Shown here: positions 38,813-52,475 of the stretch, one piece after another
Layout: the number at the start of each line of letters is the position of its first letter
Position numbering within the stretch: position 1 is the stretch's first letter
Origin: Eledone cirrhosa
Taxonomy: Eukaryota
Assembly: GCA_964016885.1 (NCBI GenBank)
Contig: OZ024748.1
Coordinates: forward strand, 10,540,001-10,604,000
DNA length: 64,000 bases
Reading direction: 5' to 3'
Made by a program: the position numbers and the translations under genes
Notes under the pieces: model-generated
Told to the model about the DNA's origin: nothing
Databases searched by the model: none
Seen by the model: the letters and a program-made list of their open reading frames with translations, nothing else

Positions 38813-40432
38813 GTTGACTAAACAAACACACACAAACTAGTGAGATAATCCTTTGTTCATATTGACCAAATATATTTAAACAAACAATAACTGTTAGTCA
38901 TGTGGGGTGGGGGTATTTTTCACCAAATAACCCTTTTTAAAATTTATTTTTGTTGTAAACCTGTTGGATTTTGTGCAGTTTATATAGTGTTGGTAGGGAT
39001 GGTGGGTGAGTCTATTATTTATTTTTTTCTCCTCACCTTCATCTCCACGAAGCTAAATATTTCTACTACTACAGTGACTTTGGATTCCAACTGCGATTGT
39101 CTTTAAGAACTCTCTCTCAACTGTTTCTCTTTTCCATTCTATATCTATTATCACCGAAGCCTATCACTAGAGAAGACCAGGAATGAGGAAGCCACACATG
39201 TATTATTTCTTCAACCATAAATAAATAAAGAAAATAACATTAAAAAAAAATCACTTTGTGTCTTCCTCTGCTAATTCTGATTCTTTTTTTTTCATTCTTG
39301 TTATGGTAAAAAAAAAAACAGCAAAAATGTGAAAGATTGAAGGAAGTGAGTTAGAGTTCTGAGGGTGGGTTCTTTAAATTTTGAACAACAATATTACTTA
39401 CAGCCGAAATAGGATTCCTCTGAAGGGTCTTAGGAGTAACGTTACTCGATAAAGTGCATAACTCGGAGACCAGAGAGTCACTCCAGGTAGAGCTGCTACT
39501 TTTCCGAATTGAGAGATTACAACTCTGATACTATAGACGTGGTTAGAATGTCTCAGGAAAGAATCACTGAATAGATTTTACTGGCAAGATGGTTGGATAA
39601 CATCCAGGAGCTTGGTTGGTCATGCTTGGGGATCCAGCCGGATCAGTTGCTTCTGACAGGACCTGCTGGAAGCAGTGTTTGAGGACTCTGCCCCCACGGA
39701 ATTTACAGCTCATGCCTATGTAGGTTGAGCTGGCCTCCTACAAAGTTGCATCTCATAGTAGGGAATTTCTTGGATATTCTAATGGTAGGGTTTCCAATCT
39801 TATGAAAAGAAAAGTGAAATGAAGTTTCTTGCTCAAGAACATAATGCCCCATGATACAGGAATTGAAACCACAACCTTATGGTTGTGAGTCTAACACTCT
39901 AACCACTGTGCTATGCTCTTTTATATAAGATAGTCTTCTACACAGTTTCCATCTACCAAATGTTACATGGCAATAGTCAAGCCAAGGTTGTAGAACACAC
40001 CTTGCCCAACGTGCTACATATTGGGATGAAACTCAAAAACATGTTACAAAATGAACTTCATAATCAGCACAGCACAGCCATGCCTGTATCTCATCATCAC
40101 TGTTTAACATCCATTTTTCCATGCTAGCATGGGTTAGGCAAGTTGTCCTGTTGTAAGCAATGCCAAGTCAGGTGACCATGTCTTGCTCATACAGCACTGA
40201 TTCTGGCTTGGTTTCTATGGCTGGATGCCCTTTCTAATGCCTACCTCATTTACAGTGAGTACTAGGTGCTTTTTGTTGCGACACCACAGAATATTTTGAT
40301 AAGAAAAAGAAAAAAAAAATGAAAATAACTCTTAAAATTTAGATTTAAAAATTTATTCCAAAAATGAACTGTGTTGATCTTTTCTTTTTTTTTCATTTTC
40401 TTTTCAAGAGAAATGTGATGAAATAATGAGAC

Positions 40433-43400
40433 TCAATCATCAAAATATATTTTGGTGTTTTTAGTGTTAATTTTCTCCATTTTGTCAATCAACTGAAAAT
40501 AAAGAAAAGAATGAAATAAGTTTTCATTTAGATTTACAGATTTCATGCAATTGTGGTTAGAATGTCTCAGGAAAGAATTGCTAGATAGATTTTACGGGCA
40601 AACCCAACTGGCAAGAGACCCAGGTGTAGACCCCAAGGAAGATGGTTGGATACCATCCATGAGCTTGATTGATCTCGCTTGGGGATCCAGCTGGAGGTGG
40701 TTGCTTCTGACAGGACCAGTTGGACTCTGCCCCCATGACCCACTCAGGTATACCAGAGTTTAATAGAGGCACACTAATCTTTTGTAGTTTATATATATGA
40801 TGTTTATTTTGTGGAGTGAATCAACCACGTTATATAGAATGGAACAGCCTGCTCATTAAATTAATGAGTGGCTGAGCATTCCTTAATGTAATTCTTAGGG
40901 AGAATTTTGATACCAACCCTCCCCAAATCGTCCCTGGTTCTATGAAACAAAGGCACCTGTTTTAAAGGGCTCCTATTTAAATCATTGTCTCCAAACATAA
41001 TTTTATATGAGAACCATTTGTTAAGTTACTTTACAAATACCATCTTAATGAAATAATTAAGTGTAGTAAATACCTCCAAATTCTTCATTAATTAATTCAA
41101 ATATTGTGTTTCATTAGTAATATAATAACTAAAAGGTTAATATTAAAATAATAATTACCATCTTAATTAAATAATAATTTTAGAAAAAACCCACGAAATT
41201 CTTCATTAATTAATATAAGTAGAGTGTATTTTATCAGAAATATGGTAACAAAAGGATTTTAAGGATTAATTAAGTGTGTCTCAAGCCCAGAAGCTCATTA
41301 GGCTGGTACTTATCCTGGTTTCCATGGTGTAAAGCAACTGAGAGTACAAGATTTTCCCCTGGACAGGACACCAGTCCAGGGTTAAACCTCCCAGCTATTG
41401 CTGGTACTCATTTTCAACTGAGTATACTGGAGCAACATGAAATGAAGTATATTTGCTCAAAAACAGAACATGTAACCTAGTCCAGGAATCAAACCCCTGA
41501 CATTATGATTGTTAGTTCAACACCCTTACCACTAGGGCATGCACCTCCACATAAGGGTTAGTAACAAAACAAAATACTAGAATGAGAGAAAATTTGTTAA
41601 CGAACCTTAAGAGTGCCTCTTTTCTTGAGACGATGTTTAGAGTTGATTTTACTCTCTCTGTCTGCCTTTAGTTTATCCCAGTAACATTTCTCCTGTTCAC
41701 CTGAATAATAATAGGATATGAGAAAGGAATAAGTAGGAGCATATAGTGTGTGCAGTGTGTTCATCCCTGTTCCTTTATACCACCCACTTCATGGTGACCC
41801 CAAAATAAATGCTTACAAACCAAATTAACTATATTTAACTTAAAGAAGGAGAATATTTGGAAAGACCTTCATCCCTTCTCCTCTGAGCCACCTACCGCCT
41901 GATGGTGACCAAAAATAAATGCTTACAAACCAAATTAACCATATTTACCTTGAAGAAGTGAAACAGCTAGTGTATCAAAGTTGGCACTGCATATTTTCTG
42001 TGCACTTGTTTCATTCTTACACCGCACGAACGCCTGCGTATCAACTTCCTTCACATCGATGTATGCAATGTCACCAAGTGGCACCAGCTTTTCCTGTGGT
42101 AACAACAACAATAACAATAATAATAATTGTTTCTACTTTTGGCACAAGGCCAGCAATTTGAAGGGGAGGGGAAAGTCAATTAAATCACCCCCACCCACCT
42201 GCCCCAGTGCATTACTGATACTTTATTTTATCAACCCAGTAAGGACGAAAGGCAAAGCTGACCTCAGCGGGACTTGAACTCAGAATGTAATGGGTCATAA
42301 CTCTATGCCGCAAAGCATAGTATCTAACACTCTACCGATACTGCCAACCCACTGCCCTAACAATAATAACACTAGTTTCAATGCACATTAATCTACTTTA
42401 GACAAACATTGTGATACACTGTGCTTAGTTTTGGTAGAATCAACCCCAGCGTATTACAGTCAGCTTTTATAGACATGGTGCTTAGTTTTGGTAGAATCAA
42501 CAATAGCGTATTACAGGTACTTGTCACAGTCATTATTTATAGATACGGTTGATTGGCAGTATCGGTAGAGAGTCGGACACCATGCTTTGAAGCAAAGAGT
42601 TACGTCCCTTTATGATCTGAGTTCAAATCCCGCCGAGGTTAACTTTGCCTTTCATCCTTACGGGGTCGATAAAATAAAGTACCAGTAATGTACTGTGTAA
42701 TTGCTGGCCTTGTGCCTAAAATAGAAACAATTATTTATAGACACGGTGCTTAGTTTTGACAGAATCAGCCCTAGTATATTACAAATACTTGTTACACTGT
42801 CAGCTTTTGTAAATGTCTTTACAGCCCTAGTGTATTACAGGTATCATACTTTTGTGTCGTAGATAAAAAACACACAACAATAAAATTAACATGGTGATTG
42901 CCAGAATCAGAAACTTACTTTCAGTTCCTTCACATTTAATACCGTCTCAGACTTAATGTTGACAATCACATTGGGAATAAACTTGTAGTTCTCTTTTGAA
43001 GAATTTTCTGCTACTTTACTTCCTGAAGAGAGAAACAAACGAAATAGAAAATGGAAACATGCAACATTGGTTTGAGGATATATACCCTTGTTAGCAAAGA
43101 AAGTGGACATTAAAACAACAATGAGGATGATCATGATGATGATATATATATATATAAACTTAGGAAACTTAAAGAGATGACAAAACAAATGGAAACAAGG
43201 CAAAATGAAAAACAATTTTTTAAGGGGAAACTGTAACAAATTATTTAAAAAAAAAAAAAATACAAATGAAGGACACAGAACTTCAGAGTCATCGGCCGTT
43301 GAGATGGACTTTGTCAGTTTCGGCCGCTACCAACGGTACTGCTGGTCCACCCGGGGTCACAGTGTGTGACATAAGCCAAATGCTGTCCAAAGGAGTGAAA

Positions 43401-43483
43401 GATGAAAGACAAACATATATATATAGTGAGGTGTCTCTATGTCTCTACTATATATATATATAGTTGAGACAGAGACACCTCAG

Positions 43484-43514
<31 letters not shown>

Positions 43515-45643
43515 GAGACAGAGACACCTCAGTATATATATATATATATATATATAGTAGAGACAGAGACACCTCAGTATATATATATATATATATAGTG
43601 AGGTGTCTCTGTCTTTACTATATATATATATATATATATAGTAGAGACATAGAGACACCCCACTATATATATATATATATATATATATTTGTAGCTTAAT
43701 GGCTATAAATTACTGTTTGTCTTTCATCTTTCACTCCTATATATATATATACAGCAAGGTACCTCTACTGTATATGGTATAGAACAAAGACCAAACACGT
43801 ACCTTGATTCTTGTTCATTTTGATGAGCATCTGTTTCATCCTGGACATGTTGGACCTCTGTCTGGCCAGGTACTCACTTTTGTACTTCAACCATTCCTTC
43901 CTGGTGTGGAAAAACAACAACAACTGAAACATCATCATCATCATCAATGAGACAACAATAGGGAAATTGGTAATTTTTCTAGGTTGTTTCCGTTGATTTT
44001 AAAAAAAATAGAATTAGTTTAGTTTACATATTGAGACCCCAACCCATCCTATTTATTTTACTTATTCGAAACCCAAGAGTAGATAAAAACAAAGGAAGAC
44101 AACTCACTTTGAAATGACACGTAAGTGCGGCAATTGTTTGGATCGTTTCCGATTCTTATGACGCCGTTTCTTATTATAATCTACAGAACAATCCCGTTGC
44201 ATACTGCTGTCAATGGAATCTTCTGCTCCGATGTATTTTATACGTTTTGGTACATTCTCCAGATCACTTCCAGCGGCGCTATCGATACTATCTTTCTTCC
44301 GTTTCCTCTTAGATCTTTTACTATCCTTTGCAGTAGAATCGGCTCCTTCATCTGCAGACAGATTTTCCGACCTAGATTCACTTGTTTCAATAGGGGCTGT
44401 CTTTTCTTCTTGTACCGATGCCGGAGTCTCGGTCGACTCCTGCTCATCTGAGGCTGGCTTTACGTCTGCCTCGGACTTTTCAGCTAGTCTGTCTGTGAGT
44501 TCGATATCACTTAACTTTGGGTTGCTGCTTGACCGACGCTGGAGCTTGCACTTCTCTGGAGAGAAGACGTCATTGGAGAGTTTGCTGCAACTGTCCGACC
44601 TGTGTCTTTTCTTCTTCTTTTTCTTCTTCCAACTGCGGTCTTCGTCTTCTGACTTGGTGCCACATTCCTCTGTTGTCGGAGTTTCAAGCTTCACATTCGT
44701 TTCGTCAGAGTTTTCCCCACACAAAGAATCCAGCTTCCGGTGTTTGGCTGGTCGGCCCAGATCCTTTGCCTCGGAACAGCTACTGTGGCGTTTTCGTTTA
44801 TGCTTGTTGCAAGCTTTGATCTTTGGACTGTCATTGCTAATGAGATCAGATTCCGGTTTCTCCTCATTCATGTCAATGCCGTCTAAAGAAAAAAGAAAAA
44901 TGAAAAAATAATAAAGAAAAAAGGAACATAAAGTCAGGGGTTTTTTTTTTGTTATATAAAATCGTCTTAATTCCTATTTCTAACAGGCATAAGGCCAGCA
45001 ATTTTAAAGGAAGAGAAAAGTTAATTAAATCAACGCCAGGACTTTTCAAGTACTTATTTTATCTACTCTGGAAGGATGAAAGACAAAAGTGACCTCAGCA
45101 GGATTTATACCTTCCTATATATATATATATATAAACATATGTTGGTAGATGTATTAATTCTCTATATATATTTATATATATAGAGAATTAATACATCTAC
45201 CAACATATGCGTACAGATGTACACTAATACTAGTAAATATATAAGTTATGTCAAAGTACCTAGGTGGTTCAATGCAGGGGGATGCAGAACAATTATATGA
45301 AAGACGTAAAATAAGAAAATTTTAAAAATTAAAAATTAACTTACTAAAATTTTCACTCCAACTAATTTTACGTCTTTCATATAAATATATATATATATAC
45401 ATAGACTCTTTTCCTAATATATCAAGCGTAAAACTAATAATATATTTTTTCATTGTACTGTGTCATTTGCTTTATTTCTGTTTGCCTTTTGCATACTTTA
45501 TATATATATATATATAAGTTTATCCCGGGTTCACTCGGGGGTAGCCACAGTAAGTAAGGTACTCAATACAAAGCAGAGTATATATATATATATATATATA
45601 TAGGTATACAAACATCACCACTCACACATACATCCACACTCTT

Positions 45644-45678
<35 letters not shown>

Positions 45679-48600
45679 GCCAGCCCATCCATCTATTCAC
45701 CTACCATCTGTTTGGACTTTCTTCTTCAATTGGTTCAAGGCTTTATTATTCTTGGGGAACTTTCCAGGTTTATTCACAGTTTCAATTGGCGGCCGATTTA
45801 ATTCCTACAACAAAAACAACAATCACAAAATAATTCCATTTTTGCTGTTTCAGATCCATTCTTCTCAATTAGCAAATCAATCTTCATCATAATTATTTTA
45901 TGTCTGGCATATTTCCATGTTGGCATGGGTTGGACAAGTTATCATGGTCAGAGAGAGAGGTTGTATAGTCAAGGTGTATAGGCATGGTGTTCCTACAGCT
46001 GTATGCCCTTTCTAATGCAATCCACTCTGCCATATATAGTCTCTGTTTAATCACCAACCACTTTACAGAGTGTGGCATCAGCACTACAGAGGTTGTCATG
46101 CCAAGAACAGACAAAAACACAGAGAAGATGAAAGAAGGAAACAGATGAAAGGACACAGAAGATGAAAGAATAACAGATGAAAACACACAGAAGATGAAAG
46201 AAAGTAACAGATGAAAGGACACAGAAGATGAAAGAACAGGAGATGAAAGGAAGGTGAAAGAAGAACAGATGAAAAGACACAGATAAAAGAAGGAGACATA
46301 AATACTTACTTTACAAGCTCTTTGTGCTCCCTCAATTGTTTCAAACTCAACAAAGGCAAACTGTTTGAGGTCACCAGTGGTCTTGTAACGTGGAAGACTT
46401 ACATAGGTGACCACTCCACATGAGGAGAACACATTCTTGAGCCAGTCATGATCAGTGTTGGCTGGCAGCAGTTCCTGAAAATATGGAATCACAACATTGT
46501 GTATGTATATATATCATCATATATATATATATATATATATACAAATGTGAGGAATCAAAATATATAAAATGTGTTAGATAAAGTCTATTGAGCTTGTTTA
46601 TTGAGAAGTACAAAAATCTCTGAGAATGTGAGGGTAAAGAGAGAGAAAGAGAGAAGTGGAGGGTGCCGGAGAGAGGGGGGAGAGAGAGGAATAATTCAAA
46701 CAATGTCTCACCACATAAACTGTTCTGTCATCGACATCTTTAGGCTCCGTGTAAGGTGCGACACGACACACACTGTTCTGATCTTCACTTAACTGGAGAG
46801 AAAGACAATAAAAATATGTTTAAAAAATAAGAAAAGACAAATATCTATGTGGCTTAGTGGTTAGTGAGTGGACTGCTCATGATAAAAAGGTTGTGAGTTT
46901 GATTCTCTAATGACTCAGCCAATCTGCCACCTATGTACATATGTATGTGCTCCGTTCATTGGTGTGTTCTGGGGAATTATAGAAAGGATATATGACACCA
47001 AACCTGTTAAAATGTTTTCTTACCTTTAAAACGGTAGAAGTTGACAGTGCCTTACGTATGACAGACAGATCTTCAGTTAGAATCTTGATACGGTTAAAGG
47101 TTAAAAATAACGATAAATCAATATCTGAAAAACAAAATATGAAAAATAAATAAATAAAAACAACAGTCAAGTCTTCAAGAGGATGTGAAGGTTGTGGACG
47201 TCTTCACCAACCTTGGAAGCTCTATCAACAGAAGTGGGGACATAGTGAAAGAAATTAATTGCAGGATAGGCAAAGCTTTGCCTTTAACTCCTTAGCATTT
47301 AAAATGGCTGTATCTGGCCTGAATTTTCTCATCTCTTCCTGTTCAAACCAGCTGTAACTGGCCACTCATACTTATGTTAACCCTTTAGTATTTATATTAC
47401 TCTATATTTACTATTGTATTTTCACAGTAAAGGCTTTATCTAACATAATTATCTCACATAATATCGAAGCCACGGGATTTTGATGTTATTTATTTTGAGA
47501 AAAGTACCTTAACATTGGTACAAGTGGCCGATTATGGCTGGTTAAAACAGAAAGAGGTGAGAGAATTCTGGCCAGATACAGCTGGTTTAAATGTTAAAGG
47601 TTTAAGATATTGTTCTCAAAATAAATAATATCAAAATCTGATAGATTTGATATTATGCGAGATAAAGCCTTTACTGTGAAAATACACTAGTATATATAGA
47701 GTAATGTAAATGGTAAAGAATTGAGCTACACAACAGGATCTGGAGAAGCAAAAAACTTTCACTTGGTACCAAGATGAGATTTTACAATAGCAAACAAAAG
47801 TTGGAATGATGTATTGATAGATGCAACTGACCGTGGTCATTGGAGCACTTCGGTTGCTGGAACATAGAAGATTTTAGTCAAAAAATATATGTATCTTCAC
47901 CATCTTCATTATCATTATTTTTATGGTAACCTTTCCATGCTGGTAATGGTGAGATGTGACTTTTTAAAGGAATTATTCTATGACTTGATGACTTTCTTGA
48001 CATCAATCTATTATATTTAAACAAAGTTTTTTTTTCAAGGTATGATTTATGTTTGAGATAAACCCACAAATAGAAGCATAAAAGTTGGAAACACTCGATT
48101 CTGATTTCCCACTATACTGTTGCCATGACAAAATACATAAAGCCTACCCTGTATGCTGATCTGGTGCCACAACAACAAAAGCACCGAGTCCACCCTATAA
48201 GGTAGTCATGTCTGTGACACGAGAAAAAGCACTCAGTCCAACCTATAAGGTTGTCACGCTAGTGACACAACAAACAGCTCCTAGTCAAATGAGTGAGATC
48301 GTCGTGTTGATGACACGACAAACAGCATCCAGCTGTAGAAACCAAGCCAAAATACAGATCCACATGAGCAACACAAGGTCTCCAGACCTGACTTGTCTCA
48401 TAACCCATCTAACCCATGCAAGCGTTGTAAATAGATGATGATGATGATATATAATAAATAAACTTACATCCATCTTTATCTTTATCAATTTGTTTCTTAA
48501 AAAACCGATCTTTGTGTAAATTTGAATTACTGAAGTAAAACTCCATCTGAAGTTAAAATGGGGAAAACAACATTTAAAAATAAAAATAAAATATAATTAG

Positions 48601-50244
48601 TATTATTAATGTGCATACGATGATGATAATGAACGGAAAAACATGAATGAGCTGAGAGAGAGTAAATACAAGAGGAGTCGAATTTACTGTGCAAGAGAGA
48701 AGACTGCACTAGTAATGGCTGTATAATGATTGTTGGGTGAAGAAATCACCAGGAGATCCAAATGAAGGAAAACTGTAGTAGAGGAAAAAAAAACAAAGAA
48801 AAACTGAGCAGAAGTGATGAGAGCAGATCTCAAAACACTGTACTTCACTGAGGAGATGACAAATAAATGAAATGGGTGGTGAGAAGTTGAGCTAGAAATA
48901 CCAATCCAAATGATGATGATGATGAATGGCAAATGGACAATCATCAGGTCAGACCACAGAAGCCATGTTTTTATTGGTATTTCCATTGCTGATAATATTT
49001 TCCAGTTGTAACACCTCACAGAAACTTTATATCAATACATCCATGTAAGGTGGTAGTGCTGGTACCACAACACAAAGCAGCTTTTGTTCACTTTGTTCTT
49101 GTCCTCAAGTGGTTGAGTGTCTTCAACTGATCCCACAGTGGTTCTGAACTAGAATAACAACAACCCAAAGCACTCACTGTAACTTGTTAGAAAATAACAC
49201 TAAACAACATCTAACCCATGCTAGCATGGAAAATAGATGTTAAACGATCATCATCATCATTATCATCAATTAATGTCCATCTTCCACGCTAGCATGGGTT
49301 AGATGGGTTTGTCCCACTTGAGGCAAGATTGCTCATATCTCGCTTGTACAGACTGTTTTTGACAGGTCTTCTATGGCTGGATGCCCTTCCTAACACCAAC
49401 CACATTTACAGTGTGGACTGGGAGCCTTTTTGCCGTGTCTCCTACACGACCATTTTACAGTGTGGACTGGGTGCTTTTTGTTGTCACCTACACGACCACT
49501 TTACAGTGGACGGAAGTGGAAGAATGGAGTAGGGGATGTGGGGTGTATATAAGATGATGATGAAAATCTACAAGTGATGATAGCCTTCACAACATGTGCG
49601 TACCTGTTCTTTTATCTTAACACAGAGAGCTTTCACACGTTTCTTGGCTGGTTTTTTCTGTTCACTCTTGACTGATTCCATGTCTACAAAGAGAAGATCA
49701 GATAATACAGATCAATAAATCAGACAATACAGATCACTATGACAGTTCCCATGACTTTCGGAAACATTTATTTCAAGCTCAGAGTTGCTGAAGCATGGAA
49801 CAAACTATCTGCATCAGTTGTTAGCTGTCAGGACACTGTCTCCTTCAAAACTTCCATGCTTCCTGAAATTCACCAACACTAAACCTGATATTCCCTCTCG
49901 ATACACACGTACGCATGTGTTTGTGTGTATAGCATGACTCATACACTGTCCACTTTCCTCACATTTGTACATTATTCTATGTACTAGACACGCTCATTTG
50001 ATGAGTTGTAGTGCATCTGAGCACTGTACACAATAATTTACATTATTATCAATACATTGAACAGATCAATAAACAACAAGATATCTTCATTTAACTGTAA
50101 CTAATTTAATTTTTAATCATATCTTCTCAATTATCATTGGTCTAGTGGTCAGGGGGGATATATATAGAAGTGGTTACACAACAGTTAGTTCACCATACCA
50201 AGAACAATTGTTTCACCTTAGTGGATCCTCAGCTCGTATATATA

Positions 50245-50292
<48 letters not shown>

Positions 50293-52414
50293 GAGGTTAT
50301 ATTTAATTTGTTGGGATACAACAAGCTTCACTATCCAGGAAGCTCCAACCGTTAAGGTAGTCTTTTTTCAGGGTATGTCAATATTTATTTATAAAACTAA
50401 TCTGTATTGTATTTTATCTGATGAAAGCGCACCATAATTTGCCTTGGTGGCCCTTGAAATATGTATAATAAAATAAATATGGTTTTATAAATATAGTTTC
50501 CATTTGTTAATATATTGTATATATATATATATATATTATATATTTCGTTTCTGAATTTGTTTAGCAAGATTCTTTATCTGAAAACGTGTGTTGAAACCAA
50601 TATTGTTATACTTTGGGAGGGTCATGTTGCCAATAAGAAACACACGCACCAGTTGCTTTCACTTCAATTTATTATAATAAATTTATAAATTTAGGAATTT
50701 ATAAATTTCCAGTTGGTTGGTTGGTTCCACAACCAGATGATTGTTTATATATTGTCAAAGTTCTTTCGTCACACATTCTGTGACCTCTTCAGTGACTGGG
50801 CATTCTTTTCTTTGTTTTTGTGCCTCTCCTTTGTTCTGTCCTACGCCATCTTGTTTTTCTGTGTGTGAACACACACAAAAACAAGATGGCGTAGGACAGA
50901 ACAAAGGAGAGGCACAAAAACAAAGAAAAGAATGCCCAGTCACTGAAGAGGTCACAGAATGTGTGACGAAAGAACTTTGACAATATATAAACAATCATCT
51001 GGTTGTGGAACCAACCAACCAACCAGAAATTTATAAATTTATTATAATAAATTGAAGTGAAACAACTGGTGCGTGTGTTTCTTATTGGCAACATGACCCT
51101 CCCAAAGTATAACAATATATATATATTTATATATATATCATTTTTTTTTTCATCATCATCATTTTACGTCCGCTTTTCCCTGCTTGCAAGGGTGGGACGG
51201 GTCTTATTCAGCACAGCATCTCTCCACTCGTCACAGTCCTTCGTCATCTCCACCCTGAGCTTCCATGATCTGAGGTCTGTTCTCACCACCTCCGCCCATG
51301 TTTTTCGTGGTCTACCTCTACCACGTCTTCCTTCAACTGGCATTTCCTGGCACTTCTTCACCCATCGGTCATCCTCCATGCGCATCACATGTCCATACCA
51401 CCTCAGTCTCCTCTCCCGTACATTACATTCTATCCCTCTCAGACACAGTTTCTCTCTCAACACATTTATGCTGGGTCGTTCACGCACATTTACACTGCAC
51501 ATCCAACGGAGCATGCTTGCCTCATTTCTCCCCAGCCGTCGCATATCCTCTGCAGTTGCTGCCCATGTCTCACTACCATGCAGCATCGCGCTCCTCACAC
51601 AGGCATCATACAACCGGCCTTTCGTACACAGGGAGAAACCCTTCTTCGTCAACAGAGGAAGCAGCTCCCTAAATATATATATATATATATAGTTAGTTAT
51701 AGCTCTGGTTCATCCGAACCTTCAGCAAGACTTTTATTTCACGTACCAGTTCACTCAGTTGTAGAAATGAGTTCCAACGTCACTCGTGCTAAGCTGTATT
51801 GGCCATTACCTTTCCCTTGGACACCATTAGTGGTGTGGAGAGGAGACTGGTATGCATGGGGGTTACTATTCTTCCTCAAAAAACATATATATACGCACAA
51901 ACACACACATCTGGCTGACTTAAGAGGGAATGGGAAAATTTGAAATGTAGTCGTTTCAACGCAAATGATTGTAATAATAGAAAAATTCTAGTAAATACCT
52001 ACCCCAGGAGACGCAAAGTTTGGATAGACGGGACTGCGAGGAATCGAACCCCGCACCTTGATTCGTCGCAGGCGACTCAGATAACTATTTTTCCACGTCG
52101 CTAGGGGGTATTTTACTCGACTTTCGTAACTGTTATTTATAGTGATCTACTATTGTATATAATCATCTGCGTTGGGACGACCACATTTCGAATTTCACAC
52201 ATATATGTCTAACCCATGCATGTGTGGAAAATAGACGTTAAACGGCGATGATGATGATGATGATATATATAAAGCTACACCCATCTTTTAACAAACTGAT
52301 AAAGCGATAGCTTGAATTTCTGCAAAATACCATTATGTTTTTTCCCTCCCTTTCTCACAAATTGATCCTTACACTATATCATTTATATTAAAATCTTAGC
52401 CGTTCACAGACACA

Positions 52415-52475
<61 letters not shown>

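Noticed and set aside
39520-40745. Duplicated segment (39520-39690 and 40550-40740) as a possible exon pair
   Set aside because: Looks like two decayed copies of a LINE 3' end, with no consistent frame or splice sites.
50741-51115. Twin 79-aa ORFs on opposite strands
   Set aside because: A by-product of the palindrome, with no protein features.
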